From the NCBI GenBank assembly GCA_951406725.2, contig OX597818.1:70060001-70124000 (forward strand): 64,000 bases of DNA, read 5' to 3'. Shown piece by piece: positions 36,791 to 51,491 of this stretch. The position numbers and the translations under genes were made by a program. This DNA comes from Octopus vulgaris. Lineage: Eukaryota. Every line of letters begins with the position of its first letter. Within the stretch, counting starts at the first letter, position 1. The notes below the pieces were generated by a model. The model saw nothing but the letters and a program-made list of their open reading frames with translations, searched no databases and had not been told where the DNA came from.

Positions 36791-37204
36791 CTGTATATAT
36801 AATCAGCAGCAGCATATAAATATATATAATCATCATCATCATTTAATGTCTGTTTTCTATGCAGGCACATATGTCTGTTGTCTGTGTGAGTGCATGTGTG
36901 TGAGTGTGTGAGTGTGTGTGTGTGTGTGTGTGCTTCTAATTGCTTGTCTTAACATCATACAAACAGAAACATCACATTATGTTTCAAGTGAACTTACTTG
37001 TTTCCAATCTCCTGTGAAAATAATATCCGTACTCAGTGAAACTAATACCTTAGTCATGATCAGGTGAGAGTCGATGACAGGAAGGACTTCCAGTTGCAGA
37101 AAATTCTCCTCACAGAATTCTACTTGAAACATGCGAGAATGCAACAGAAGATGTTGAAACAATGACAGTGACGATGGTGACAGTGGAGAGGATACACACA
37201 TACG

Positions 37205-37264
<60 letters not shown>

Positions 37265-37619
37265 CACACACATTCATTTCTCTCTTTCTCTCTCACTCTC
37301 TCTCTATATACATATATATATAAACACATACACACACACACAGATAGAGAGAGAGGTGTTATTAGCTGCTAAACATTTATGAGAAGATTTTCTATTTAAT
37401 TACCAGCTTTGTCGCTTTCATTTGAATCCTTCAAGTATGGAAAAGCAGCCACAGTTTGTATCATTCATCCTGGCTAACTTACATAGCATATCATTTAACT
37501 AATTAGCTATTCTCTTATGACAGGAAGTTCATAATTATAATTCTCTCATTATTTTTTATTTCATACTTTCACTGAATGTCTCGGTGCAGTTCCATATTCT
37601 TTGGGTACACAATGTCACA

Positions 37620-37880
37620 TTTTGATTGTGTGTTTATTCTGGTATCTTAAAAGTACTCTACAATGATATGTATCTCGTACTTTGTGGTATTATTCTCTGT
37701 AAGAGACCTGGGGTTTTTGGTTATGCATTTGGATCTTCTCTTCAAGACTTCCATCACAATAGGCATCACTTCTGTTTCCAGTCTGCACTTTCTGATTATT
37801 TCTATTTCCATACTTTTATTTTGGGAGTTTCTCCACTTCCTTAACAAATTTATTCTCATCTTTTGGATTTGATTCCACAA
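37620..37880 (-). mobile_element. Dong/R4-like LINE 3' fragment
   Basis: EIEIIRKCRLETEVMPIVMEVL..I.K..PG, a decayed endonuclease C-terminus. Confidence 0.6.
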
Positions 37881-38085
37881 TTTGGAGACATCTTTGCTTC
37901 TTGTTTGTCTGTGGTGAAATAAAAATAGATCAGAAATTTTAGAAGACAAAAATATTAAAAGAATACAACTTGGACTAGGCAACCCACTACATGCTCCAAC
38001 AGGGAAATTCAAATTTGTAGAATACATTTCTGAACTGCTTTTGTAATACACACTGCTTTTAAGAAAGAACGTAAATGAATTTCCT

Positions 38086-38204
38086 TGCTCTGAGGAAGAG
38101 AATAATGTGGTGGTAGTTCTCTATATTTTCAGTTGATAAATCGATTGATTGATAAATTAGAACCAAGAGTACAACTAGATGTGTATCTAAAACAGCTGTA
38201 AGAC
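38086..38204 (+). ncRNA. Degenerate HHR with a very long stem-II loop
   Basis: gct-CTGAGGA-a-gagaata...(~80 nt)...tatct-aAAA-cagctg-TA-agac. The 3' half aaacagctgtaagac is identical to 48550-48564. Confidence 0.5.
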
Positions 38205-38477
38205 TTTGATAAATAAATAAATACTTAGAACCTATTATATCCAGTTGCGGATAGGCCAGGTTGCCAGCTTCCTCGATGGCAAGAGGGCCCCTGTGCCATT
38301 AGAATCCATATATGGGGGCCCATGTTAGTATCTAAGGGGCCCATCTCCTCAACCTCCTCAAGTTTGAGAAATTTTTATTCACTCGTGGAATAATGCATTA
38401 ATTATTTCAGCCTGGCTGTGTTTGTAGACAGCTGAAAAGAAAACTTTTAACAAAACAAAAAAAATAATAATTAAAAT

Positions 38478-39034
38478 TCAGGTATCCTCACAAGAAAAAA
38501 TCCAGGTTAGTCAAGTCTGGGGAAGATAAAGGCCAGTTGACATTTCTGTAGCAGGAGATTATTCTCTATCCAAAGCACTGCTGAAGTGTTTCTCTTGCGG
38601 TATGAGCAGTTGCCCCATCTTGCTGGAACCATGTGTGAGGTCTACTTTGAATGGCCTTCACATTCCCCAGACTTGACCAGCCCAGATTTTTTTATTGTGA
38701 GGATACCTGAAAGAGAGAGTTTACATCAACAAACCAGAGACCCTGGTGCAACTGAAGGAGGACATTAATAGAGAAATCAGAGAAGTGGGGCCTGAAACTC
38801 TTGAGGGTTTTATGTTGCAAAGTTTGGAAAGAGCATGGGTGTGCAAAGCCGAAAATGGTTGCCATTTAAGTGATGTCATTTTTCATATGTGATCTAGTGG
38901 TATTGCAAAATTTGACTTGTGCATATTTATTTCCATTATGTCCTTTATTTTGTATCATAATTTCATGCATTTATTTGTGAAGTTAAGGAAGTTATTAGAA
39001 ATTGAAACCCTTCAGTGACTTTTGGAAGACCCTG
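38478..39034. mobile_element. IS630/Tc1/mariner transposase relic with internal inversion and 3' TIR
   Basis: Minus 38478-38632 encodes WFQQDGATAHTA...WPLSSPDL..DFFL*GYL. Plus 38645-38892 encodes WPSHSPDL..GYLKERVY.NKP.TL.QLK...ENGCHL. Ends ...ttttggaagaccctg followed by TA. Confidence 0.85.
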
Positions 39035-39759
39035 TATTTATATATATGCACACATATATTTCAATATAGAAATGTGTATAATCCAAAAGTAAGAAAAACA
39101 AAAACAAAGGTGCGGTAAAGGAACAACAAATAGGATGCCCTTGGAGCTGATGCTCAGGAAAATTGGATGAATTCTTTAACTTTTTGAACTTGCAATATTC
39201 TACAAGAAGGATAGATGAAGAGAGATGAAAGAGGAAGTGAGGAAAACAGACATGCTTGAATTTAATGGCTACCACATGGTGATAGGTGTGTAATAGGAAG
39301 AAAGTGGCTTGAGGCTTGGGGTACAAGGGACGAAACAGTGACCTGGCATGTGTGTGTGTGTGCATATGTGTGTATGCATGAGCAAGCACGTGTGTGTGTA
39401 TGTGTGGGAATGCATGTGTGTGTGAGTGCATGTGCATGAGCAAGCACATGTGTGTGTGTGTGTGTATAAATGTGTGTGCGCGTGTATATATGTGTGTGTG
39501 TTAGGCTATTTGACATACATGTGTACATGAGGCATGTATGTGTGTATACCGTGTGTGTGACACAATTGTGTGCATGTATATTGTATGTATGTGTGTGAGT
39601 CAGTGTGTGTGTGTGTGTGGCCTTGTTTTCAATTGGTATGTGTATATGAGGCTATCAGACAAGGATTTTGCATGTGTGCGTGTTCTGTGTGTTTGTGTGT
39701 GTATATATGTGTTTATGGGTGCTTATATGTATGTGTGAGGCTATCTCACATATGTGTGT

Positions 39760-40420
39760 GCTGTTGGAGGGTGTTGGGGGTGGCATCCTAGATGGAGGTG
39801 TTGAGTGGAGCCGAGGTGAGAAAAGTGGCAGGCGTTTGGAAGTGTAGGTGTTGTGTGATGATATACTTCTATTGTATGTGTGAAGATGGATATCAAAGGG
39901 ACCGGTGTAAGCAGAAGAAGGAGTGTGTTGTGCATATGGGTGCAAGTAAATGTGGTGTAGGACGAAGGAGTGTGTATGTGTGCAGGCGTATGTATATGCT
40001 GTTTGGATACAAGTAGTATGTGTGGTTTGAGGAATAAGTTAAAAAGTGTCCAGTAGGTGAGGTGGTCGTAGTGGTTGAAGGGTCAGTTGTGGTAAGACAT
40101 AAGTGGTATGTACAAATATGTATGAAGAGAGTGTTCAAAGGAAGTGGGATGGAGAATTAATACTATGAGGGGCTGAAGTATAGAGAAAGAAAATTAATTT
40201 CTGCTCTAGGCAGGAGCGGGAGTCCAGATGACCTCTATGCAAGATCAGTTCAAACATAAATAGATGTTGTAGGGAATGACCAATCAAGCAGAAATTGCAT
40301 GAGAATGGGATGTTATTCTTAAGTTTGGTATCCCAAAGATGTTCGGCAAAATGGTGAGAGTGGTACAGACCAGCTTGTCCAATGTACAATGAGTGGGAAG
40401 GATGGCAGATAAATATGCGT
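39760..40420 (-). mobile_element. Penelope-like element 3' part (GIY-YIG endonuclease at 40135-40420 plus downstream pLTR-like sequence)
   Basis: SLYIGQAG....FAEHLWD.....PFSCNF...GHS...EQKLIFFL....PHSIN matches the PLE GIY-YIG C-terminal pattern YIGQTG..RF.EH..HF..H..E..I..L..P.GLN. Confidence 0.8.
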
Positions 40421-40549
40421 ATGAATGTATGTATACGTGTATTTTTAAGATACATATATATATATATATATATATATATCAATAAATGCATGTATATATT
40501 TCTGTACATACATATGCTGATGTAAACAGGAAAAATAGAATTCAAAATA

Positions 40550-40598
<49 letters not shown>

Positions 40599-41807
40599 TT
40601 ACACATACATGTGTGTGTAAATGTATATGTGTGTTTATATATATAAATACACACACATCTATACATCTTTATCTATCTGTCTATCTATGTGTGTGTGTGT
40701 GTGTGTCTGTGTGTGTGTGTGTCTGTGTGTGCATGTATACACCTATGTATGAGTGTATTCTAATGATCCTGACTAACAAAGACCTCTTCTTCGGAATATT
40801 AACATAGTTCTGAAAACCCATTAAATAATTCTTCATCAGTTATTCTTGTTTACTGCCAACTGTTTTAACTCTGCAGGAGGACAATCAAGCAATACAGAGT
40901 AGCCATATTTCTAATCAGAAGTGTTTCATCTTTATTGAAAGTACATGCAATATTCTTCCAAGATATACAACTTCAAAACTGATATCTCCATTTTGAGAAA
41001 AGTAGTGAATTTGCTCTGCCAGATGTGACTACTATTTCAGAGCAGATTAGGAGAGAAACTACATAGATTTCAATGATATTTTGAGCAGATTAAGAGGTTC
41101 CATAGAAGATCTCATATTGGTTTCAAAACTAATCAGTTTCATTGTGATCTAAATCTCTACTTCATATCTATCATTCCTTCATTCTTCAATCTTCTTTGAA
41201 TATATATGAAGTAAAGAAGGCTGGTGGGATAGCAGAAACAGTTGAGCACCAAACTATGTTACAGTATTTACTTTGATCAGTCTGCTATCAGAGTTCAATC
41301 CATGCTGAGGTGGAATTTGTCACTTTCTTTTTCTGTTTTTTCTCCTTTTCTTTTTCTGTTTAGCCTCTTTGTTGTTGTTGTTGTTGGTTAGCTCAGATGC
41401 AGTCCAGAATAAGAATACCTATGATCAAAAACATTCTAGCAGGCATGGTTGTGTTGTTAAAAAATTGTCTTTGGATTCCTGTGGTTCCAGGTTCAATACC
41501 ACTGTGCAGCAACTTTGGAGAGTGCTTCTTGCAATAGCTTCAAATTGATTAATGCTTAATGAATGAAATTTGCTTAATAGACTATGTACCGAAGCCCACT
41601 AGATATCTATGGGTGTGCATGTATGTGTGCATGCATATATACATATATATAAGTTCAGCAAAAATTTAGATTCAAATGAATATGGTACTTAATTTAGATA
41701 CACCAGAATTCTGTACGGTGTTATCCATAAAAATCTGTGGGGTGATTATAATCAAAATAAGCAACAAGAATGACTCCGGAGTCATTCTAGTTGCTTATTT
41801 TGATTAT

Positions 41808-41857
<50 letters not shown>

Positions 41858-44625
41858 GCATTCTCTTCTGTGGTTCATTCGTTTTAGCCATTTTCATAAT
41901 ACTTGCAAAGGTTAATCATCAGATATGTTATTGTAGCTATGATTTACTGCTGGGTGCTCTTCCTACCGCTAACCCTCAAGTAAGAAAAATCTTTTATTCC
42001 ATGAGGTATTGAAAATATGAATTAAGCAGACGACTTGTTGTCAAAACAACTGAAAACAATAACATTGACAACATTCTTAGATGTGAGCAAACGTACGCAC
42101 ATATACATATGTGTGCGTATACACATACAAAAGGCTTCTCTCAGTTTCCATCTATCAAATCTTCACATCTGGACTAAAGCCCAAAGCACATGGAACATCC
42201 AGGAGGAACCAGCTGTTAGAAAGATAGACTGTACCAGAGATTAGCTGATACACTCACTTTCAACTGAATTGATTTGAGAAACAGGATATGAAGTGCCTTA
42301 CTGAAGAGCACAGTGCATTGGCCTGTAATGAACGCCACAACTTTTCATGTTCCGTCACTTACCAGAATTAATCATTGCAATGACGAATGTTTTTTCTCAT
42401 TAAGAATGTCGTTTTAGTTAATTAAAATTTATTTGCTCTCTACATTAATTAAGGTAACACTTAAATTATGCAACAAGCGGTTTATTTGTATTGAAGGACT
42501 AGGATTTTGATATCAGATACAAAACTATGATGCTGTGACTCTATGATGCTGTGACTCTATGATGCTATGACTCTCGAAGTCATAAACAAGATATATAAAA
42601 CTTTGCAGCAGTCTGAAGTTGACAGAAGATAAGTATCTGAGTAAATAAGTGTTTGTCTTTTTAGCATCTTTTCCTGTTCACCAGGATAACTCTGTGCTGT
42701 TTGTAAAACATTCTCACATCTGTGTGGAAAAACACAGACAATTGTTTGTGATTAGTATAGGTTGCAGTAATGATGCAGTATTTTTTTTTTTACCATCCAT
42801 TGCAATTAGGTTTTGTGTTGTACATTATTATGACAAAAACTGCATGTTTAATGAATTCATTCCCTTCCCACTCTCCACACACACTCACAAATGCATTTTC
42901 TTGGTTACAAAAACATAAAACTGAAAAAAGGTTTTAAAATGTTAGCATATGTCGTTGGTGAATAATGAATAAACAACAGAATGGCAGATGAGCCACAGCT
43001 GGATGTTCTAATTAAACAAACAACAAACAAGTTTCCCTTCTCTAATCAATTGAAACCATCATTTCTTCTGAAGCTGTTCATCTGGTGTCATCTATTAGGG
43101 CAAAGCTGTATGTTTAACAAGTTTACTTCACATCTGAATAGTTTTCGGTTCAATCCCATCATGCAACCCAGAATCAAGTGCTCAGTGCAGCAACCTCCCC
43201 CCACCTTCACCACCACACATTCTGCAACTTAACAAACATTTCAGCAACAAACTTGTATTATTCTCTTGTCTAAACAATATTGGTAACTATAACAAAAACG
43301 ATGCCATATCGGTTACATGCAAGCACTGTTATCACCTGCCTGACTTCATTGGTGCCGTATTAATTATACTTTCTATATTGAACCAGTGCTTTGGGTTGAC
43401 CAAAGCCTCGTGGGTGAGATTTGAGAGACAGAAACTCTATGGAAGCTTTTTTTGGAATTCTTGTTTTGCAGTGTTAGGTATAATTATCGATTAGTTTAAC
43501 TCTACTGCCTAACCTAGAGTACTTTTGTTGCACTCATTCATGTCAGGTATCCAGTCTGATAATAACTTCCTAAATTTCTCTGGCCGTGGTTTCTAAGTAA
43601 GGGATTTATCAGTCAAGGAATTTGCAAGTGCAGAACTAGTGAACAGTTGAATATGTCAACAAACATTGCTGGTTACAGCCCAGCTAGAAATGGTAATTTA
43701 CCATTTGTGACATTAGATTTTGTAAATATTCACACAGATATGCACAGGCACCCAAACTATCCATTAGCTCTGCAATTTTGAATTCCTCTGGAATAAAAAA
43801 ATCTCTTATTTGAAAAACAGTTATGGATCAGTGACAGGAAGGACATCCAGTCATAAAAGTTCGGCCTCCATTACCTTCCATTTAAATCCTGCTGGAATGG
43901 AAAAAAACATATATTAAATAAAATGTATGAAAGGCTTCCAATTTCTTGCTACTTAATCAAAGTTATGGTGTATTGTGTTCCCCATAAGTTGCAGCCTGTT
44001 TCTCTAGTATAGAGATTGTAAAACACAGCTGTCTTTATATCTCAATTGTCCACTTTACACTCAGGAAGGATGCTGTCCAAGGATGCTGGATATTTTACTC
44101 AGCACTGCAATTTTACCACATTGTTTATGTCCCATTTTCCAACTGGTGCTAAGCCTTGCTACCATAGACTCCCACCAGTCATCCTCAACTTTGTTTCATC
44201 TTACACACATGAACACACACACAGAAGACACTCAGCCATGTCTGTGTGGTGAAGAAGGTTGCTTTGAATCCTGATGATCAGGCTTGGACTTTACTGTGTG
44301 GCATTTTGAGCAAATGTCTTCCACAAAAGCAGCAAGTCAATGACCCAAGAGTTTTCAGGGAAACTAAAAAACTGCACCAGCATATGAAATGGTCAGACTT
44401 GTCACATGCAATGTAACATGGATTAGGTCAGAGGGTTAAGGCGTCTGTGGAATATTCAACCACTTACATTATGATGCAGTAATTAAATATTTCAGTGGAT
44501 ATGAATAACTGGAATTCTCCATATTCAAACCAGTGGAGATCACTTCAAAACATTTGTGCATGTGTGTGAGCACACGTGTGTGCAAGTGTGTGTGATTGTG
44601 TGTGTGTGTGTGTGTATATATATGG

Positions 44626-44670
<45 letters not shown>

Positions 44671-45540
44671 CACACACACATACACGTAATATATATGCAT
44701 GGTATATATATTAACACACACACATATACACACAATGGCCTGGGGAGTATATAAGATTCTTTGTGATATATAAGAGTAAGATAACAAAAACTGAGACAAA
44801 ACATAAAAAACACAACAAATAAACCATGCAATACATCAAACATTAACACATACACACAAGTCTACCTACATAAACACACACACACACACACACACATATA
44901 TACATATATTTATGCAATGCATACACAAACAAGTATTAAAAGTTGCACCTACACACACAGATTAGATATCTTCCAGTGTTCGTTAATTCTCTGCAGCTAA
45001 TACAATGTTTATGAAATGTACAAACGAACCATTGGCCATCTCTTGTAACATATACCCACTTGCAGCTATTTTATACAACCAACAAAATACACACACACAC
45101 ACACACACACACATAAATACAATATGGTAGATGTCTATATAAACACTTGAAGCAAGCAACAAGCAAAATCAATGTTTAAAGATGAAGTTAGCCGAGAATG
45201 TAAATGAACTGTTGGCAATGCATTGATGGGTTTTAGTGTTTTCTAGAAACTGGTGTTTGTGTGTTTGTATGGGAAGATACACATAGACAAATGCTCTTAT
45301 GAAGATCTGTGCATCATACATATATATGAATGAATATGCATGTATGTATGTGCATGCATACATTATATATACGTGTAAGAAGTAACATGCATGTGAGTGT
45401 ATTTGAATGTGTGTGTGTGTGTGTGTATACATGCACACACACACATATACGAACATATATATATATATATATATATATAAATGCATATATGTATACAAAT
45501 ATATATAGTTATACACATATATATGAATATATATAATATA

Positions 45541-45602
<62 letters not shown>

Positions 45603-46229
45603 CCAGATATGTAAATGCATATATATACCCATATGCATACATTAATATATATGGTTATGTTATATATATCATATATTTGTGTATGTATCATATAATAGAT
45701 ATATTCACACACACATATACATACATACATATGATGATGATATCTATCTGTTATTTGAGTAGAATAACCAATGTGTAGCAGTTAAAAGTATCTCTATAAA
45801 AATCCATGCTTGCTGCTTACTTTTTATGTTGTTTTTTTTTTTGTGATGTTTGTTATGTATGTTTTATTATTTGTTTTTCTGTGTAGTTTATGTTTGAAGG
45901 CAATATAACGTGTTTGCACTGCACATTCTGTGAAAATGATCTTTTGCTGTTCAGACAAATAGTCATCAAATTCATACTTATATTTTTCTCTTTCTATAAA
46001 TCTATACGGGACTTCAAGCAAAAGTTACAGTTATACATACACATGCTTGTGTGTGCATATGTGTATGTGTATGCTTTGATAATAATCTGAGAATGTGTAT
46101 GCATGTGTGTAGAAATACTCGTGCACATGCATATATACTTCCTGAACAATATGCCCACTGCTGTCAAACTGTCCAATCCATACCAGCGATGAAGGAGGCA
46201 TTAAATGACGATGGTGGTGATATATATGT

Positions 46230-46271
<42 letters not shown>

Positions 46272-47552
46272 ATACACATACATGCATAAATAGATTCATA
46301 CATGAGCATACATTGCAACACAGGATCAGTCTGTGTACTCAGACACCAAATAAAGCAAGCATTCGCATTTGTGTTTATCAAAACACTTAGAAATCCAAGG
46401 AAACATAAATGTTGTATATCAGCAAACTAACATATGAGTGTGTGTGTGTGTTTATGCATGCATGTATGTATGTATGTATGTATGTATGTATGTATAAATA
46501 TATATATATATACACACACACACAGACACACACATATCAGCAGAGGAATGATTATTCATATGTAAATCTTCTCCCGTGTACGCATGTGAACTATAACAAT
46601 CCATTGTTCTCGGTATTTCCTTGGAGTTTAGGTTGGTTGTCCATCAGATGAGAGAGAGAATGTTTCAGAGAAAGCTAGATAGAAAGATGGATTGATGGAT
46701 ATGCAGAGAGAGAGAGAGGGCGAAGAGAGAGGGGGAGTGGAGAGAGAGGGAGAGAGGGAATAAAAGATGAGATTGAGAGGTTCTCAATATAGAAAACACT
46801 TTGTTGCATTCAAATGATATGAACTTAGATTCCAAAATGTTTTGCAAGGACCAAGCCGATGCGGTAAAGAGTGGCTGGAAGAGGAATCCAGTTGAGCAGA
46901 TATTTAATTCTAATGACCTTCCACTTCACCAATTCTACCTTTAAATTTCCTAGCATATTGATTTGGAATGTTTGATATGTATCTCTCCATCCTGAAGACA
47001 GAGGTTGGATTTACCAAGTGTTTATATGTTTTTGCTACTGGTTGTAAATCTTTAACTTTTTGTGAACTACATCAGCCAGGATTATGACATAAGTCTGAGC
47101 CCCCAGAAACAGCCGTCAGATCTGTACCAACATACCTTCACCCCTTAATTTTCTCTGTCTATGTACTTTGCGTAAATCTGCTCTATTAATATATATCTGT
47201 ATATTTATACACAAATGTTCGTTATCTGAATATTTTCTGTCTTTATTGTCTCTCTATCTACATGTAGATATGGATATATATTGTATATGTATCTAGCCCA
47301 AGCAGTTTTATTTGTGTATTTGCATCATTATCTGTTTGTTTGTCTGTCTATCTATCTCTCTATCTATCTATATATATATACACACACATGTATGTGTGTA
47401 TGTATGTATGTATATATATGTGTGTGTGTATGTATGTATGTATGTATGTATATATATATATATGCCACCATGTATTGCACAGGCATTGCACAATAACAAC
47501 ATTGATTAAACTTCGTGCAATGGCCATACTCGATAACGAGGGGGCAGCCACC

Positions 47553-47586
<34 letters not shown>

Positions 47587-48425
47587 ATTTGCATATATAT
47601 GCATACAGCATATATAGATTCACACACACACATACAGACACACACACACAAGCAAAATTACAGCTATGTGGTTAAAAGTCTCATTTTCCAATCACTTGGC
47701 TTCATGTTCACTCCCGCAGGGCGTCACCTTTAGCAAGTGTCTTCTATCATGGCCCTGGGTGATCAAAGACACTTGAGACTTGATAAATGGAAAACTGAAA
47801 GAAGCTGATTGCATACAGCATCATCATCATTTAACATCCAGGTTCCTTGATGGCATGGTTAGAAATATATGTACATGTGAATGCGCATGCATATGTGAAT
47901 TGTCTTGACATGTTATTGTTGGAAACAGTAAATGTTGGTGGCAGAAAGAGCATCTGGTTGTAGAAAATGTACTTCAATAAATTCCATTTGACCGTTGCAA
48001 GTGTGGAATAGGGAGGAGGTCATGAAAATGATATGCACATTGACATACAAATATATCTGTTCACATAAACACACAATTATATAAACTATCTTACACATAG
48101 AAATGTATCATTGCACTCTCACACACGTGTGTGTGTATAGGAGTAAATATAAGGATGAGCAAGTTTGGCAGGTTGGTATACAAAGAATATTAAATAGGAA
48201 AACCCTTTAATTCTTGATATCATTTCTATTCAGTGTAAGTTGGACCTTTTTGTGTGCAAACATACTTTTTGTGTATTTAATGTATTAGATATTCCTTGTA
48301 TATTGATCTGTCTAATGTGCTTATCCCCACATCGAATTCTATACCTGCTCAAGTTTAAATCTCTTGAGCACTATAAGTGTATTTTATGTGGAGGATATTT
48401 GGATCTCATCTATGAAATATATATA

Positions 48426-48471
<46 letters not shown>

Positions 48472-48516
48472 GAGAGAGAGAGAGATAAAACTATTGCTTA
48501 ACCATCTTCTCATACC

Positions 48517-48564
48517 GTCTCCGGTGAGGGGATATAATAAATATCCTGGAAACAGCTGTAAGAC
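48517..48564 (+). ncRNA. Degenerate minimal type-I hammerhead ribozyme
   Basis: gtct-CcGgTGA-ggggatat-aataa-atatcctg-GAAA-cagctg-TA-agac. Stem I is gtct/agac, stem II is 7 bp, stem III is the palindrome ACAGCUGU, with a GUA site and two core substitutions. Confidence 0.7.
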
Positions 48565-49640
48565 CTTCTATTTATAAATGTTCTAAAATCTACACAGCCT
48601 TGGTTTTTTATCTCATTACGGAAAAAAAATCTTCTTAATATATCTCTATATATGTATATATCAGTAAAATATATTGGGAAATACACACTCTACCTATTTC
48701 TCTTAACACAGATTTACAGGCATAAAGGCACATGTGCATACACACACACACACACACACACGCATACACACACGCATACACATACAGGTGTATACATGCT
48801 TCCATCACCACAATATATAGACAGCCTGGATTGGCTTCAGAAAATCATACGATTCAGACATGGTAAACTAGTCTGATACAAACCTTTAAAAATGATCATA
48901 TATTATATCAAATACACACACTCACACACACATGCTGCTAGCACCCCTCTAGCCAACTTGAATATCTCTACTCAGATGAAAGAAATCTTTTAAAGATGAT
49001 CAACTTGTCAACAAGAACTTTTGGGGATCCATTTCTAATTATGTTGAATCACAGCAAGGGGCCATTGAAAGAGTGTTGATAAATGGAAGTGGGCAATGTT
49101 TAAGAGTCATTGACTTCAAGTATACAACTATGTTTATTATATTTACTGGAATTCAAAGAAGTGTGTGTGTGTGTGTGAGTGTGTGTGTGTGTGTGTAATA
49201 AAACAAACCAATGACTTTCTGAATCTTTCTACAGTAGTTTTCTTAGGCAGTTTTATTTCTATGTAAACATCCTGCCAGGTTCTGCAGACACTATGCAACT
49301 CCAAAGCTCATCAGGCAACTCTTCTTCAAATGTGACACAAATGATTTGTTGGCTTGTCCAGTCACTCTCAGCTTGGTGAGGATTGTATTATGCTTACATC
49401 GAAATAAATCTCATAACAAAACAATTGTAGCAACACTTGGGAATCCATTCATTACTACATGTTTTATTTTTTGCTGTATGGTTTGTAAATCATGGGAATA
49501 GCAGATTACCCAACGATAGCATTTTAATTTCATAGATACCTTCCAGGCTCCTAAGGGATAATTTCACTGCATGTCTCTCTTTAACCAATTAATGGCTTTC
49601 TTCAGGTTGATATGCCTTGATTCTTTATGGATTTTTGTTA

Positions 49641-49703
<63 letters not shown>

Positions 49704-49810
49704 GTATGTATATATGTGTTTATGCATGTGTGTATCTCTGTGTGAGTGTGTGTATGTGAGAGAGAGAAGGAGAGAAATTGATAGACAGATTAATGTGTAT
49801 ATTTTCATTA

Positions 49811-49849
<39 letters not shown>

Positions 49850-50162
49850 CACACACACTGTCATATATTTCACATTTATGAGAGATGATAACAGAAGCAA
49901 AAATACAGCTGTCCACATAAAGCCATCAATTTTCCATTTCTGGTGGGATTTGTCTGGACCAAGAATTGTTTTCAACTCTAATTAAATTAGTTGAGATTTC
50001 AGTAATTATTATTAGCAACTAAATTGTGATTGATTTACAGACCACATTACTTTCCATGTATGCGTGTGTGTGTGTGTGTGAAAATGTAATTTACATACAT
50101 ATGTATGTATATATGAAATAATTACACTGTTATATATGAGCTTATGTATATGCATGCATGTA

Positions 50163-51046
50163 CGAGGTCTGATCAATAAGTATCTGGACTGTTGCCATAG
50201 TAACGAAGCTAAAGCACACAGTATGAAGCTGCTTGGCAAAGGCTGCTCTTGCACTCTGTTGTGCATGTGCACTAAATTTTAATGTTCTACCTCACTTCTG
50301 CTCTTTACAGTAGTGCTTGGAAGGAAGGTGTGTAGCGTGTAATTGTTGCATTGACCGTGACAGAGAAAGTTGTCATAGCAATGCTGGCTCAGAGGCCTAC
50401 ACAAACTTGTAGAAAGGGTGTGGAGAGGTGAGCATCAGCCACAGACAAGTGTACAAGTGGTTCAGATGTTTCCAAGATGGCCAAAAAAATGTCAATATTG
50501 ACAAACGTTCTGGGTGACATGCAACCAGCAGAACTAAAAAAAACATCACAGATGTGTGTGAAACTTTGAGAGGAAATCGTTGAATCAGCATCCATGAGGA
50601 TGTGAGTATGGCTTGGTTCAGTCTATTATCACTGAAGATCTGTGTATGAGATGCATGTCTGCCAAGTTTGTGCCAAAACTGCTTTTAGCTGACCAAAAAG
50701 GCACTTGGATTTCAGTTGCACAAGATCTCATTGATTGTGTTGAGAACTATGGAAACTTTTTGAAAACTTTGCATAGGCCTCTGAGCTGGTATCACCAGGC
50801 TTTTGGCAAAATCTGATGCTGATTCTCTGCTCAACTTTCTCTGTCATGGTCTGGTCAATACAATGATCACACGCTACACACCTTCCTTCCAATCACTGCT
50901 CTAAACAGCAGAAGTGAAATACAATGTTAAAACTTTGTGCACAAGCACAACAGAGTTTAAGGTCGATCTATGTCAAGCAGCTTCACTCTGTGTGCTTTAG
51001 CTTCCTTACTATGGCAACAGTCCGGATACTTATTGATCAGACCATG
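50163..51046. mobile_element. Non-autonomous mariner with long inverted ends and TA target-site duplication
   Basis: TA-cgaggtctgatcaataagtatctggactgttgccatag ... ctatggcaacagtccggatacttattgatcagaccatg-TA. Internal peptides QVYKWFRCFQDG and VQSIITEDLCMRCMSAKFVPKLL (WVPR-like linker). Confidence 0.92.
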
Positions 51047-51491
51047 TATACATGTGTATATAAACCTGTATGTATATGTGCTTCCTTGTCTTGAAGGAGT
51101 GTGGGAAAATAATCTCAAAGAATCTGTAACTATTACAAAAACCAATAATTTCAATTTCTCCCCAACTCACAAACTACCAAAAGACCCTTCTTGACCTAAT
51201 TTCATAGTAAAACTAAATATACATACTGTGCATACCAGCAGATGTTTATTTATTCATCACCAACACTCCATTGGTAGTGTAGTAATTAGTGCAGTGCTGT
51301 CAAACGACACCATTATGCAAATTAGTTGTGTCAGGCAGGTTTCTGTTTACATTTTTAATAAGTCACCATCTGCTAATTTATCGCAGCATCTCAGCATCTG
51401 GGAAATGGTTGGGACGGGGAGAGAATCTTGATTCTTGTAGCTGAACACACATCCATATGTATGTGTATGTGTGTATATATATATATATATA

